Of a DNA stretch of 42,168 nucleotides, positions 1 to 11,100 are shown in pieces (the stretch's first letter is position 1; each line of letters begins with the position of its first letter). The DNA is from an uncultured Candidatus Poseidoniales archaeon (GTDB lineage: Archaea; Thermoplasmatota; Poseidoniia; Poseidoniales; Thalassarchaeaceae). The notes under the pieces are model-generated. The model searched no databases. It was not told the origin of the DNA and saw only the letters and a program-made list of their open reading frames with translations. The translations under genes were made by a program, and so were the position numbers. Location: the NCBI GenBank assembly GCA_964644485.1, contig CAZXVR010000001.1:1-42168 (forward strand), read 5' to 3'.

Positions 1-2
1 AC

Positions 3-440
3 CACCCAGACCGCATCGTCGTTTGGCCTGGTTACTTCGATTCAAAGGTCAGCCGAAGGTCTGGTCGCCGGGTTTCCAAGAACCGTTCAGTAGTCAACCC
101 CACACTCGATGGGTTGGCTTATGCCGCCCGTAGTGCTGGTATTCGTAAGATGAAACGCGAGGAGGATACCTGCCATCCATCTCGGCCCCATGTACAAGAA
201 GGGCGATTGTGGATTTCAACCGTAGATGCTCTCTCAGCCACTGGAGCCGATTCCAAAGAAGGAATCCTTCAGGCGATTGGAACCGCATGGAATGACCAAC
301 AATCTGAAGCAAAGGAAGCCGAGAAGGCAGCCAAAAAGAGCGGTCCAAAGGTTGGTGATCGCCGTGGACAAAGTCAGCGTAAGTCGTTCAAGGCAGGGAA
401 AGGTCGCAAACCCAGTGAGCGTCGCAAGCGCCGCAAGTGA
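3..440 (+). CDS. srp19: Signal recognition particle protein SRP19 (5'-truncated by window edge)
   Basis: Frame 3 is open from the window edge. The translation HPDRIVVWPGYFDSKVSRRSGRRVSKNRSVVNPTLDGLAYAAR... matches the conserved SRP19 core (WPxYxDxxxSRxxGRRV). A Lys/Arg-rich tail follows; stop at 438-440. Confidence 0.8.
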   Translation, partial: HPDRIVVWPGYFDSKVSRRSGRRVSKNRSVVNPTLDGLAYAARSAGIRKMKREEDTCHPSRPHVQEGRLWISTVDALSATGADSKEGILQAIGTAWNDQQSEAKEAEKAAKKSGPKVGDRRGQSQRKSFKAGKGRKPSERRKRRK

Positions 441-442
441 AT

Positions 443-1480
443 TCACTCAACTTCGATATTGGGCATGGGTACCGCACGAATCCAACCGAAGGCATCCGCT
501 TCCGCTTGGGTTTGAATTCCAGTAAGTGAATCATACAGTTCTCGTGTAACCGCGCCGACTTCGTTGTTGCAATACATTGTGCAGATATCACCGTGGCAAA
601 TCGATCCAATCGGGCTAATCACCGCAGCTGTGCCCGCACAGAAACACTCGTCTGCTTGTAATACAAATTCGATATCGACCTTCTCTTCCCTGACTTCGTA
701 ACCCTTGCTTCGAGCCAAATCAATAATTGATGCTCGAGTGATTCCGGGTAGAATGGTTCCAGTCAACTCAGGTGTGTGGATGATCCCATCTTTGACACAG
801 AAGAAATTCGCAGCACCGACTTCTTCGATGTATCTGTGTTCCACCGCATCTAGGTAGATGATTTCAGCAAACCCTTCGCCCTTTGCACCCTTTGAGGGCA
901 TCATTCCTGGTGCATAGTTTCCAATCGCCTTGACACCACCAGAACCACCGGGACAAGCGCGATGATATTCATCACTGACCTTCAGAGAAATCGGGTGCAT
1001 TCCGCCCTTGAAGTAAGGTCCGACCGGACAGACATAGATCATGAACGTGTATTCTGGTGCTGGAGACACTCCGAGAATGGCGCCGGTACCCCACAACACG
1101 GGGCGAATGTAGAGGGCGCCTTTTCCGGTGGGTGGTACCCAACGCGCATTGGCAGCGACCACGCTTTCGATGGCATTGATGAACATCTCTTCTGGAACCG
1201 GTGGCATCCCCAATCGCTTCGCACCATTTTGGAGTCGAGCCGCATTGCGTTCAGGTCGGAATAGAACAATTCCACCGTTTACACTTCGCTGCGCCTTCAT
1301 CCCTTCAAACAGGCCCTGGCCATAGTTGAGAACGCCTGCGGCTGGAGAAATGGTGATGTCTCCAAAGGGCATCATCTCCCCTTCTTCCCATTCTTCTCCG
1401 AGTTTACAGGTGGCGACATACATCGTGTCCGTTGGAGTAAACGAAAAGGTGAGTGCGTCCCAGTCAATTTGCTCTTCCAT
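443..1480 (-). CDS. ilvE: Branched-chain amino acid aminotransferase (fold-type IV PLP enzyme)
   Basis: The ORF 443..1612 translation contains NYGQGLFEGMKA, LFRPERNAARL, GALYIRPVLWGTG and PVGPYFKGG, typical of type-II BCATs. I place the start at the internal ATG 1480 (MEEQIDWDALTF...). The 44 upstream residues look non-coding and would crowd the divergent polB promoter. Confidence 0.85.
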   Translation of the reverse strand: MEEQIDWDALTFSFTPTDTMYVATCKLGEEWEEGEMMPFGDITISPAAGVLNYGQGLFEGMKAQRSVNGGIVLFRPERNAARLQNGAKRLGMPPVPEEMFINAIESVVAANARWVPPTGKGALYIRPVLWGTGAILGVSPAPEYTFMIYVCPVGPYFKGGMHPISLKVSDEYHRACPGGSGGVKAIGNYAPGMMPSKGAKGEGFAEIIYLDAVEHRYIEEVGAANFFCVKDGIIHTPELTGTILPGITRASIIDLARSKGYEVREEKVDIEFVLQADECFCAGTAAVISPIGSICHGDICTMYCNNEVGAVTRELYDSLTGIQTQAEADAFGWIRAVPMPNIEVE

Positions 1481-1621
1481 CGAAATCACCCCCGCATCTG
1501 CGTATCTGACTGCCCCGCCAACGCAAGGGGTGGTTCTCAACCATTCCGCCTGCCTTTTCTCTAACTTATTGCAGCCACGCACCCCCATAGAATTCAAAGA
1601 CACCCGCCGCAATCAAGGCAC

Positions 1622-4129
1622 ATGTCCGCCGAAGAGGAGGCCTGTATTGTCGCGGCTTCCTACCAAGGCACTGGTTCGCAAACGGTCGTCGAACTGTGGT
1701 TACGCGCACGCGAGGGCCATTCTACGCTACTGTTGGTTCATGGATTACGGCCATTCCTTGAAATTGCAGTTATTGGAAAAGCAGCGGATTTGCCAACTGA
1801 CATCGAAGAGCGATTGGAAAAGGTTCGCAAGATTAAGGATGTCACACTGATTCATTCACCAGTCGATAAGTGGACTGATTTAGGCACCAAACCACATTGG
1901 AAGGTCGAGGTCAAGCAACCCTACAATGTACCAAAAATTCGAGACGCTCTGAAATCCGATGGCTGGGTAGTGACCAGTGCTGACATCATTTTCCCCCAGC
2001 GTCTACTGCTCGACCTCGATTTGGGTCCTCATATCTCTTGGAAAGGCGAATTGCTCCCAAAGGATGGCGACGCCATTCGCGATGCTGGTGGAAGGGGATT
2101 GTATCCGACCGATCAGGTGGCGCGCTGCCATATCGATGATTTACGCGCAATCGAAGCATTCGCTGCACCGTTTGTGACCTTTTCATTCGATTTGGAAACC
2201 AGCATCGAAACCGGCCGAATTCTATGTGCCGCGGCAGTGGTTGAACAGAATGGGAAAAGTGAGACACATACTTTCAGAGGCGATGAGCGCGAGATGCTCG
2301 AAGGCTTGACACGCCTAGTGCGTGACAGTGACCCCGATATCATTACTGGATACAATATCGACAATTTTGATTTGCCGAAAATCAAGGAACGAATGGAGGA
2401 ATTGGAAGATTCCAAGGATCGATTGACCAGAGCGATGCTCGCCGGTTGGGGACGAGTTCCCATTACTGAAGAAGCGTGTAAAGGAGGCAGGCGCGGTGCC
2501 CCCATATTGGCGAATCGTCAACAGAATCGCAAGTGGACGCTGAGCGGTCGCTGTGTCATGGACGCTTGGTGGGAAGCGCGAATGACCCTTCGTCCCAAGC
2601 GCGAGACGCTCAAGTTCGTCTCAGAACTATTGTTCCCAGAACGAGAAGAACTCCGCAAGATGGATGTCGATGCCAGCCGTATGGATGAGGAATGGGCGGC
2701 TCGCCCAGATGTCGTTCTCGAATATTGTGCTCAGGACGCACTGCTACCGATTGAGATTCTGGATGCCATTTCAGCTACCGCACGAAAGGAGGCACTCGCA
2801 GCTGTTGGCATGGTGCCACTTGAAACTACGATTATTGGATCAACCAGTCAATGGTTGGATAGCCTCGTCATTCGTTTGGCGGATCGAGAAAACATTGCGG
2901 TTCCCATGACGCGACGAGGAGGCAAATCAGACGCCATCACCGGTGGCTACGTTCATGATATTGAAGGAGGACGTTACCCATGGGTTGCCGTACTCGATTT
3001 CAAATCGATGTACCCCTCAATAATGATCACAAACAACATTTGCCATACAACGCGAGTTGACAGCACAGACGAATCTTCAGAAGTCAACCAATCGCCGAGT
3101 GGCACGAAGTTCCTGAAGAAGGAGGTCCGCGAAGGATTGGTTCCACGTTTGCTACAGGATTTGATGGCACAGCGGGATGAGCACAAAGCGCTGATGAAAA
3201 GCGCCGAAGATGAATCCACACGGATGTTCCATGATCAAATGCAATCTGCGGTGAAAATCCTGATGAACACATTCTACGGTGTATTCGCCTCTGCCTTCTA
3301 TCGGTTTACACATCCCGATATTGGTTCAGCCATTACCGCTTGGGCTCGTTCCAACATCAAGAAAATCATTCACGCACTGGAAAAAGAAGGCCATCCAGTG
3401 GTCTATTCAGATACAGATTCGGTCTTTGTTTCGGCCCCCGAAGAAGGCAAAGAATCCTTGGTTACCTTCGGACATGAATTGGCGAATCGCTTCACCAAAG
3501 AGGGTGCAGAACTTGAATTTGAGAAAGGCCTCTCAGTTTTCTTCAGCCACGGCGCAAAGAAGCGCTATGTCGGTCGCGTGGTTTGGCCCGAAGAGGACTT
3601 GTTGATTCGTGGCTATGAGGTTCGAAGAACCGATTCATTTGATTTGCTCAATAAGACGATGATGGGCACATTCGAACGAATTCTTGATGGGGATGAAGAA
3701 GGGGCATACAAGCATGTCATTGGATTGATTCGCTCGGTCAAGGCAGGTGAAGTCGAGGTGGCAGATCTCATCCTTAGTCGGTCTTGCAAAGGCAAGGTCC
3801 TCAAAGATGGAACCGTTGATTTCTCTGTTTATTCCAATCCCGATGGACTGCCATACGTCCAAGCTGCAAGGAAACGGATAGCACGGGGGTTGCCCTTTAC
3901 ACCCGGGATGAAAGTCAGTTACATTGTCACTGCTGCAAAGGATGAAAATGGCCGACAAGCCGTCGAGCCTTGGCTGGTTGCTGAGACCGGAGATGCGCCT
4001 CCTATACCCGATTGGTCGTTTTATGCCGAACGTCTGGCTCGTGCAATGGGAAGAATCACTGAAGTGTATGGTTGGTCGGACAAAGAGTTGCTTGCGGGTA
4101 GCCGCCAACAGACGTTTGATTTCTTCTGA
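1622..4129 (+). CDS. polB: Family-B DNA polymerase (PolB)
   Basis: Exo I FSFDLETS, Exo II YNIDNFDLPKI, Exo III YCAQDALL. Pol motif A DFKSMYPSIM, motif B KILMNTFYGV, motif C YSDTDSVF. At 835 aa there is no intein-sized insertion. Confidence 0.95.
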   Translation: MSAEEEACIVAASYQGTGSQTVVELWLRAREGHSTLLLVHGLRPFLEIAVIGKAADLPTDIEERLEKVRKIKDVTLIHSPVDKWTDLGTKPHWKVEVKQPYNVPKIRDALKSDGWVVTSADIIFPQRLLLDLDLGPHISWKGELLPKDGDAIRDAGGRGLYPTDQVARCHIDDLRAIEAFAAPFVTFSFDLETSIETGRILCAAAVVEQNGKSETHTFRGDEREMLEGLTRLVRDSDPDIITGYNIDNFDLPKIKERMEELEDSKDRLTRAMLAGWGRVPITEEACKGGRRGAPILANRQQNRKWTLSGRCVMDAWWEARMTLRPKRETLKFVSELLFPEREELRKMDVDASRMDEEWAARPDVVLEYCAQDALLPIEILDAISATARKEALAAVGMVPLETTIIGSTSQWLDSLVIRLADRENIAVPMTRRGGKSDAITGGYVHDIEGGRYPWVAVLDFKSMYPSIMITNNICHTTRVDSTDESSEVNQSPSGTKFLKKEVREGLVPRLLQDLMAQRDEHKALMKSAEDESTRMFHDQMQSAVKILMNTFYGVFASAFYRFTHPDIGSAITAWARSNIKKIIHALEKEGHPVVYSDTDSVFVSAPEEGKESLVTFGHELANRFTKEGAELEFEKGLSVFFSHGAKKRYVGRVVWPEEDLLIRGYEVRRTDSFDLLNKTMMGTFERILDGDEEGAYKHVIGLIRSVKAGEVEVADLILSRSCKGKVLKDGTVDFSVYSNPDGLPYVQAARKRIARGLPFTPGMKVSYIVTAAKDENGRQAVEPWLVAETGDAPPIPDWSFYAERLARAMGRITEVYGWSDKELLAGSRQQTFDFF

Positions 4130-4160
4130 CGCCGTAGGCGTCCATTTTAGCGAATGGTTG

Positions 4161-5369
4161 ATGACGGGCAAACGCCCCCTTGGGTTCATGCGACGCGTCA
4201 CAGTGCTGTTCACCGCCACCCTTCTACTGGCCACTGCAATGGCTGGGTGCCTTGAAACGATGTCGAGTAATTCAGCTCCCATCGTCTCGTTTACAATCTC
4301 ACCCTCTGGAACGGTCAAAGTTGGAGACACGGTCTCTTTTGATGCTTCAGCAACACGGGATCCAAACAACGATCAAATGACCTTTGAGTGGAATTTTGGC
4401 GATGATAATACACAGGAAGGCATCGGATTGTCCACGGTGACTCACACTTACAATTCTGAAGGACCCAAGACGATCACGCTTACCGTAACCGATAGCGGAG
4501 ATATGGCTGGCATAGAAACGAAGAACATCGTCGTGGCATCTGCAGATGCAGTTCTACCAACAGCTTCAATCAACCACTACAAAGACGATGACTGCACGGG
4601 TGAAAATCCACCTGCAGGCACATTCATCCTCGCCTGGATTTGTGAAGAAGAGATGGAGACCAGCGACGATACAGTGGACACTATGACCACGATTCAATTA
4701 GATGGTTCAGACTCAGCAGCGGGCGATTCCAGTTCGTATCTAACAGATTACGAATGGGATTTGGATATCAACGTTGACAGTGATGGAGATGGCGACACGG
4801 CCAACGATGTTGACAAGACGGGTGAGAACGCGGAGTGGACCAATGTTTGGCCAGGAGAATACGAAATCCGTCTCACAGTCACGGATAATCAAGGATTCAT
4901 TGATACCATGGACATGGATGTTTTCGTCAATTATCGAGGTGCTTGGGCTGAATTCACGATTGATGGAAATGGAACATCTGGCTCCGGTACGGTGACGTTC
5001 GCCTATCCGGTAACCTACAATCAGGATACAGGCAATACAATTCGGTATGTCAAGATTCAATTCACCTACCCAAAGCAAGATGATGACTGGGCGATTGGTG
5101 GCGAACAAAGCAGCAATTCACTGGATGCATATGTGTACAATGGTAGCCAATCCGACTCAGATACTGAAGAGGTTGCCAATACAACGTACCTTGACGATGA
5201 ACAACGGACTGCAGGCGATTGTTCTGACGATGATCGCTGTGTTGATCTTCGATTAAGCACACAGCATTTCCGAAACTACCTAGATGGCCAATGGACTGTA
5301 GATTTGATAAACGAACAATGGCACGATACTACTGTGAAATCATTCGTCATCATTTTGGAGTACAAGTAA
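4161..5369 (+). CDS. Secreted/lipid-anchored PKD-domain protein
   Basis: The ORF 3924..5369 overlaps the polB 3' end, so the start is more plausibly ATG 4161 or 4188 (MRRVTVLFTATLLLATAMAGC...). That N-terminus is a signal peptide with a lipobox-like AGC. The stretch VSFTISPSGTVKVGDTVSFDASATRDPNNDQMTFEWNFGDD is PKD-like, and DSDGDGD is an acidic Ca-binding-like stretch. Confidence 0.7.
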   Translation: MTGKRPLGFMRRVTVLFTATLLLATAMAGCLETMSSNSAPIVSFTISPSGTVKVGDTVSFDASATRDPNNDQMTFEWNFGDDNTQEGIGLSTVTHTYNSEGPKTITLTVTDSGDMAGIETKNIVVASADAVLPTASINHYKDDDCTGENPPAGTFILAWICEEEMETSDDTVDTMTTIQLDGSDSAAGDSSSYLTDYEWDLDINVDSDGDGDTANDVDKTGENAEWTNVWPGEYEIRLTVTDNQGFIDTMDMDVFVNYRGAWAEFTIDGNGTSGSGTVTFAYPVTYNQDTGNTIRYVKIQFTYPKQDDDWAIGGEQSSNSLDAYVYNGSQSDSDTEEVANTTYLDDEQRTAGDCSDDDRCVDLRLSTQHFRNYLDGQWTVDLINEQWHDTTVKSFVIILEYK

Positions 5370-5483
5370 ACCCATTTTGGCGTTACAGTATTGCATTTGA
5401 GCGCGCTTCATAGTATCCTTTTGTGAAGGATGCCTTCATATATGGGAGTTGGGTCGGCGGGACGCTCAAAGGAAGGACTCAAC

Positions 5484-6773
5484 ATGGGATCTCAGTGGGA
5501 AGATAAGAAAAAGCCGCACCTAAACATTGTATTCGTAGGTCACGTCGACCACGGTAAATCGACCACAGTCGGTCGTTTGCTACTCGACACTGGCCACATC
5601 GAAGACCACGTTATTGAAAAGAACGAGAAGCTAGCACAGGAGATGGGCAAGGCCGGATTCGGTCTCGCATACGTTATGGATGGACTGAAGGAAGAGCGCG
5701 AGCGTGGAATCACGATCGACGTTGCTCACAAGGAACTATTCACACCGAACTACTACTTCACAATCATCGACGCACCAGGTCACCGTGACTTCGTGAAGAA
5801 CATGATTACTGGAACCAGTCAGGCTGACGCCGCAGTTCTCTGCGTTGCAGCAAACGACGGTGTCAATGCGCAGACCAAGGAACACGCTTTCCTCGCGCGC
5901 GTATTGGGTGTTAAGCAACTCATCGTCAACATCAACAAGATGGATATCTCTGGTGTAGACTACAGTGAGGACAAGTTCAACAGTGTCAAGGAAGAAGTCA
6001 GCACTCTGCTAAAGATGGCTGGATTCAATCCTGCTGATGTTCCAATGGTACCATGCTCGTCTTTCAATGGTGAAAACCTGTACAACAAGAGTGACAACAT
6101 GGGCTGGTATAGCGGTCCAACACTCTTCGAGTGCATCGACGGCATCCAGATGCCACCCAAGCCAACCGACCGCCCTCTACGACTTCCTATTCAGGATGTT
6201 TACAAGATCAGCGGTATCGGAACAGTGCCTGTTGGTAAAATCGAAACCGGTATTCTCAACGCTGGTAAGACAGTTGTCTTCAACCCTAGCCAGAAGTCGG
6301 CTGAGGTCAAGAGCATCGAGATGCACCACACAATGGTCGACAAGGCAGAGCCTGGCGACAACGTTGGATTCAACGTTCGTGGACTATCCGCACAAGACAT
6401 CCGCCGTGGTGACATTGCAGGATACGCAGACAGCGAGCCAATGTTCGTTCGTCACGACGAGACCTTCGTTGGTCAAATCCAGTTGATGGACATCCCCAAG
6501 GCAGTTGCTGCTGGATACACTCCTGTGTTCCACGCACACACCGCTCAGGTTGCAGTTCGCTTCGTCGAACTCTTGGAGAAGACCTCCAAGGCAGGCAAGG
6601 AAGCCAATCCGGCTTTCCTTGTGACAGGTGATGCTTGCCTGATTCGGTTCCAGCCTACAAAACCGATGGCAATCGAGCAGATGGATGCTTTCCCCGAACT
6701 TTCCCGCTTCGCAATTCGCGACATGGGTAAGACGGTTGCAGCAGGCGTTTGCATGAAGATTGATAAGAAGTGA
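5484..6773 (+). CDS. tuf: Translation elongation factor aEF-1 alpha
   Basis: [18 protein letters not shown] (G1), DAPGHRDF (G3), NKMD (G4). Start placed at ATG 5484, preceded by the purine-rich aaggaagga. The longer ORF from 5430 adds 18 non-conserved residues. Confidence 0.95.
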   Translation: MGSQWEDKKKPHLNIVFVGHVDHGKSTTVGRLLLDTGHIEDHVIEKNEKLAQEMGKAGFGLAYVMDGLKEERERGITIDVAHKELFTPNYYFTIIDAPGHRDFVKNMITGTSQADAAVLCVAANDGVNAQTKEHAFLARVLGVKQLIVNINKMDISGVDYSEDKFNSVKEEVSTLLKMAGFNPADVPMVPCSSFNGENLYNKSDNMGWYSGPTLFECIDGIQMPPKPTDRPLRLPIQDVYKISGIGTVPVGKIETGILNAGKTVVFNPSQKSAEVKSIEMHHTMVDKAEPGDNVGFNVRGLSAQDIRRGDIAGYADSEPMFVRHDETFVGQIQLMDIPKAVAAGYTPVFHAHTAQVAVRFVELLEKTSKAGKEANPAFLVTGDACLIRFQPTKPMAIEQMDAFPELSRFAIRDMGKTVAAGVCMKIDKK

Positions 6774-6815
6774 AATTCTTACTGATTCAACAAACCATCG
6801 GAAAAGGGATGCATC

Positions 6816-7145
6816 ATGCCAACGGTTACCACCATCAAATTGACTGGTGAGAACCACGTTGACATCGACGAAGTATGTGCATCCATTCGCAACATCAGCG
6901 AGCAAACAGGCGTTCAGTTGCGCGGACCAATTCCGCTACCTACACGACGTTTGGTTGTCCCTTGCCGAAAGGCACCTGATGGCGAAGGGAGTGAGACATG
7001 GGATCGCTGGGAGATGCGAATCCACAAGCGTCTCCTTGAATTGGTCATTGGTAGTGCCAAGGAAGAAGGTGCACTCCGTCAGGTAATGCGAATTCCCATC
7101 CCTGACACGGTCACCATTGAACTCAGCCTGCGTTCAGTCTCTTGA
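6816..7145 (+). CDS. rps10: 30S ribosomal protein S10 (uS10)
   Basis: RGPIPLPTRRLVVPCRKAPDGEGSETWDRWEMRIHKRL is typical uS10. The position directly after tuf is conserved in archaea. Confidence 0.93.
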   Translation: MPTVTTIKLTGENHVDIDEVCASIRNISEQTGVQLRGPIPLPTRRLVVPCRKAPDGEGSETWDRWEMRIHKRLLELVIGSAKEEGALRQVMRIPIPDTVTIELSLRSVS

Positions 7146-7157
7146 ACACAGTTTTCT

Positions 7158-8051
7158 CTACTCGAGAGTTACTGCTTCGGCCCAACCTGCGGCAATGAGA
7201 GTTTGAGCCACCAATGAACTACAATTGAATGAATCTCCTTCAAGGAGTTCGATTTCTTCTCCAGATTCATCTAGGATTGGCTCAGGCATATCCCTGAGAA
7301 TTCGAAGTCGCATCATTCCACTAACTTCCCCCTCGTTTGAGTCGGGACTTGCACTAGAATCCTCTTCGGACACCATGGGTTCAGAAATTTCAGGATATTC
7401 TTCCATCATTGAGACACGATCCTCTTCATCAAAATCTGGATCTTCCCATACCTCCGCGACATCTTGTTCGATTTCCGGTGGCTTTTGTCCTGTCAACCCA
7501 TCAGGGCTGTCGACGAATTGATCAAGTTGAGCATTCCCGGCGGGTGTGGTGGGTTGAGGCACCAATTTGGCATTGAGAATTCCTTGTTGTAATCCATTCC
7601 ACGAAACATTTCGTTTGTATTGTTCAATTAATTCTGACACCCCTACGTGGAAAGCTCGCTCAGCCCCATCTTGGCGCTGCCAATCAACGGGTGAAAGATT
7701 TGCATTTCCTTCCACTGCCACAGCGTCACCAAAGGGAGTACTTGCAAGATTGGCAAGGGCAGCATGATTGACAAAGGCGTTCAATCGGTGTCTTGTCAAA
7801 TCCGCAATCGCTCTACGCAAGTTTGCCTGTCGGCGTGTAAGTGTTTGAGTTCGTGGTGAAAATCCCTCTACGCGATTAATTTCAGCCAATTCCAATTCAA
7901 TCGATTGGAGCAACTGTGAGCACACATGCCAGAAATCTGGGCGTGGTAGATCTACTGGCAAGGCATGCTTTGCTTGCATTCTCAGTAGCGCATGGAGTTG
8001 TGCTTCAACCGCCTCTAACTGAGGTCCTTGTAGCACTTCTTGCTCGACCAT
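7158..8051 (-). CDS. Putative GINS subunit (Gins51-like) with a long acidic linker
   Basis: The C-terminal LRILRDMPEPILDESGEEIELLEGDSFNCSSLVAQTLIAAGWAEAV resembles the archaeal GINS B-domain pattern (vRiL.d.P.f.g.dG..y.L..GD...lp...a..Li..G.Ae). The helical N-terminal half (RRQANLRRAIADLTRHRLNAF) resembles the A-domain. Start moved to ATG 8051 because the longer ORF overlaps the divergent giant gene. Recognised by motif only. Confidence 0.45.
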   Translation of the reverse strand: MVEQEVLQGPQLEAVEAQLHALLRMQAKHALPVDLPRPDFWHVCSQLLQSIELELAEINRVEGFSPRTQTLTRRQANLRRAIADLTRHRLNAFVNHAALANLASTPFGDAVAVEGNANLSPVDWQRQDGAERAFHVGVSELIEQYKRNVSWNGLQQGILNAKLVPQPTTPAGNAQLDQFVDSPDGLTGQKPPEIEQDVAEVWEDPDFDEEDRVSMMEEYPEISEPMVSEEDSSASPDSNEGEVSGMMRLRILRDMPEPILDESGEEIELLEGDSFNCSSLVAQTLIAAGWAEAVTLE

Positions 8052-8185
8052 ATGCCCACCGCGAACCGTCTCTCCTCCGTGCCGGTAAATGAACCATTCA
8101 CTTGCATAGCGCCCTACGGGCGCTCTACTCAGCCATCCGTTGTGTTCAAACCCACAGCCGAAGGTGGCCTGTCCGAGGTGAAGCC

Positions 8186-11100
8186 ATGCGAACCGCCACC
8201 CTACTGGTTTTGCTGATGCTCTTTGCTCCGTTTGCACAAGCCATCGATAGCCCCTACATTGGCGATTCAGAGGTCATTGTTCAACCGAATGGAAATGGAG
8301 TTCTATCCAATCTCACAGAAGATTCATTCGAAATTCCAGTAAATTCGACGATTATCGACGGTTGGGTCAACGTATCTACAGGCGCCAACGGAGATGGGGG
8401 TACGGGTCAGCATTGGATTGCTGACAACCCCTCTCTCAATTTCAGTCACGGAGAATTTGATGGCACCTCAATTTCAGTGTTTGAAAATGAGTTGACTCTC
8501 GGCGTCAATCATACAGTGGGCCGCCTCGATGATTTGGAAACACTATCTCTACAATTTCAGCAGTACACCACTGGAGGAAGTGCCGATGTATGGCGGATGT
8601 CGGAACCCTCTCAATTCAATGGCGCCTTTGCGATGAATTACAGTGCAAGGCAGGCCGCAGGAGGCCTCATTCCCTCACTTGCTAGTGATGGATCATTGAT
8701 TGCCGCCACTCTCCCAGAAGATTCGTTGCCTGCAGGTACCTATGCTTGGCTGACCTCACCTCCCAGTTCCATACCTACTTTGGCCAATCACTGGAAATTT
8801 TCATTCAATCATTGGTATCATCTACATCACACAAATCAGAGTACAGGTTCATCAGGTGCGTGGGTAGAAGTCAGTATAGATGGTGGTGTAACTTGGAATT
8901 ATGTCGAACCAATTGGTGGATACAATTGGAACATCTCATCATCAGCCCCAGTTCCAAATGGAGCCAGTGGTTCAGGATTCGGTGTTTTTGGGGGGCCTGA
9001 TGCAAGTGGATGGATTAATTCAACATTCGACATCACACACCTGCACCACTCTACTGCAATTGGAATGCAACATCGATTCGTTGTTTGGACCGATCCTGCA
9101 GGCACGGTCGATCGACCCGGTTGGTATGTTGATGAAGTCACCATTTCCAATGATGGTGAAACGCCAGGGTCGTGGTTCCATGGCTCCTTGACTGGCGAAT
9201 ATGCCGCAGATGCTCACGCCCATCTGACCATTCCAATTCAATTGAACACCAGTTCGGGCACATCTGGAGCTTGGATGATTCGATATTGGACCGACTTTGA
9301 TTTGGAGGGCGGTTCGTGGGACAAATTTGAGGTGCGAGTTTCCAGCGACAACGTATCTTGGCATCGCATGTCTCCTGTTGGGGGGATACCCGGTCCCTAT
9401 GGGTTGACCGTTGGTGGCCAGACAATAATGGAGGACACAGGAGGTTGGATTGAAGTTTCACACCCCTTCCCTTCATCGTTTACAGTTCCAAGCAATGGCA
9501 GCTTGATGCTTCGAATCACAGTCGAAACCGATCAAATGCCATCATCAGGATATGGTGGTTCACTAGACCCTCCTGAAGGGGTATTCATCGATGATATGAG
9601 CATCACTCGTACACAGGCTGGAACGACTGATGTAATGTGGTCAGAGAACTTCACTACCAATGGAGGCTATTGGCATGGTCTATTGCCTGGTGGCATCTAT
9701 GATCAATGGCAATATCTGAGCAATTGGGGAAACAATGGTCCATGGGAGACCACATGGTCATTCGAAGGAGCCCCATTAATTGCAGATGGTTGGCATGTAC
9801 AAACACCGTATGGGCAGGCATGGGAGTTTGGTGCCGTTTCCAATGCGAGTGGCTGGGGCCCCTCATCATGGCCAAGCGGACAGATAGGTGTTGCAATGGG
9901 TCTCGATAATCGACATGCTGCTAATTCATGGTCGCACCTGATTAGTCCATCCTATCATATTCCAGCGGGGGCTAGTGCAAGGGTATCGTTCGACCATTTC
10001 ATTTGTGCTGAACCTGGGTGGGATGGGGGTGCACTCTACACCAGTGTAGACAATGGAACCTCCTGGCAAATCTATGGACAGGACATTCCCTTGTTTTACG
10101 ATGTTCAGCATTGGAATAATGCACAATCTCCACTGTACCAGAAATGGGTATGGGATGGTTCCAATCAGAAAGGTGGTGGCTGCTCATCCAACAAATCATT
10201 CACTCACGTTGAAGGGGACTTGTCCAGCTTCGGCGGTCAAGATGTCATGCTCCGCTTCTCATTTTTCTCAGATCCATTCATCGAAATGGATGGGTGGTAT
10301 ATTGACGATGTGGGGGTCATTGTAGATTGGTTTGAATCCAATGGGTCATGGACCAGTGACCTGATTTTAGACAACCCATATGGGTTTGCTCCGACGATAG
10401 ATGTTGATGCCAATGTGCCTGATAGCGCTTGGGTAAAGGCATCATTGGTCGATGCGAATGGTATACTCTTGACGGGTTTGTATGAGTCCGAGAATATCTC
10501 ATACCCAGTTCTTCCGTCAGGTGATTCGTATCGAATCCGTGTGGAATTTGGAACTACTGATCACCAACTCACCCCCCGAATTGTGGGATTACATTCTGGT
10601 GCAGTTCGAATCTTGAATACCGCTGATGGGACCAATGGTTGGAACATTCCTCCTGCCTTAGCACACGACGACATCGATGGCAATTTATCGAATCCAACCC
10701 TCAATACAATCCGAATATCGGCTTCATCAGCATATGGGGACGCCCCAATCGAGGAGGTATCGATTATCGCTGAATCTGCAGGTGCGGTGTTCCAATTATG
10801 GGACGGCCAAGGAACACTCCTTGCAAGTGGCATGTTGAACAATCAGAGTATCGTATTGCCTCATGCAGCGGTCAACATTCGCCCCACAATCGACCTTCAA
10901 CCGGGTGGATGGGTTCGCTATGCCTCGTTCACAGGGCACCTCGGAGCGCCGATGACCAACGGCACGCTCGATGTAGGAGGGGATGGAATCATCGATTGGT
11001 CTTGGGATTTTGAGCCCTATGGTGCCTTTGGATGGTATGATGGCCATCATCTACAGAACAACACATCTCAACCGCAATGGGGGTCCCCATGGGCCGTAAT

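Noticed and set aside
3924-4160. N-terminal 79 residues of the 481-aa ORF, overlapping polB
   Set aside because: This part overlaps the conserved polB C-terminus in another frame. A proper signal peptide/lipobox begins only after ATG 4161/4188.
3635-4369. 244-aa minus-strand ORF
   Set aside because: It is antisense to the well-supported polB 3' end and to the start of the PKD protein gene, with no motif. Treated as a shadow ORF.
8052-8237. Mutually overlapping 5' extensions of the GINS-like ORF (to 8237) and the giant ORF (from 8102)
   Set aside because: The two divergent ORFs cannot both use the extended starts. Internal ATGs (8051 and 8186) give a sensible N-terminus or signal peptide and leave a 134-bp promoter region.
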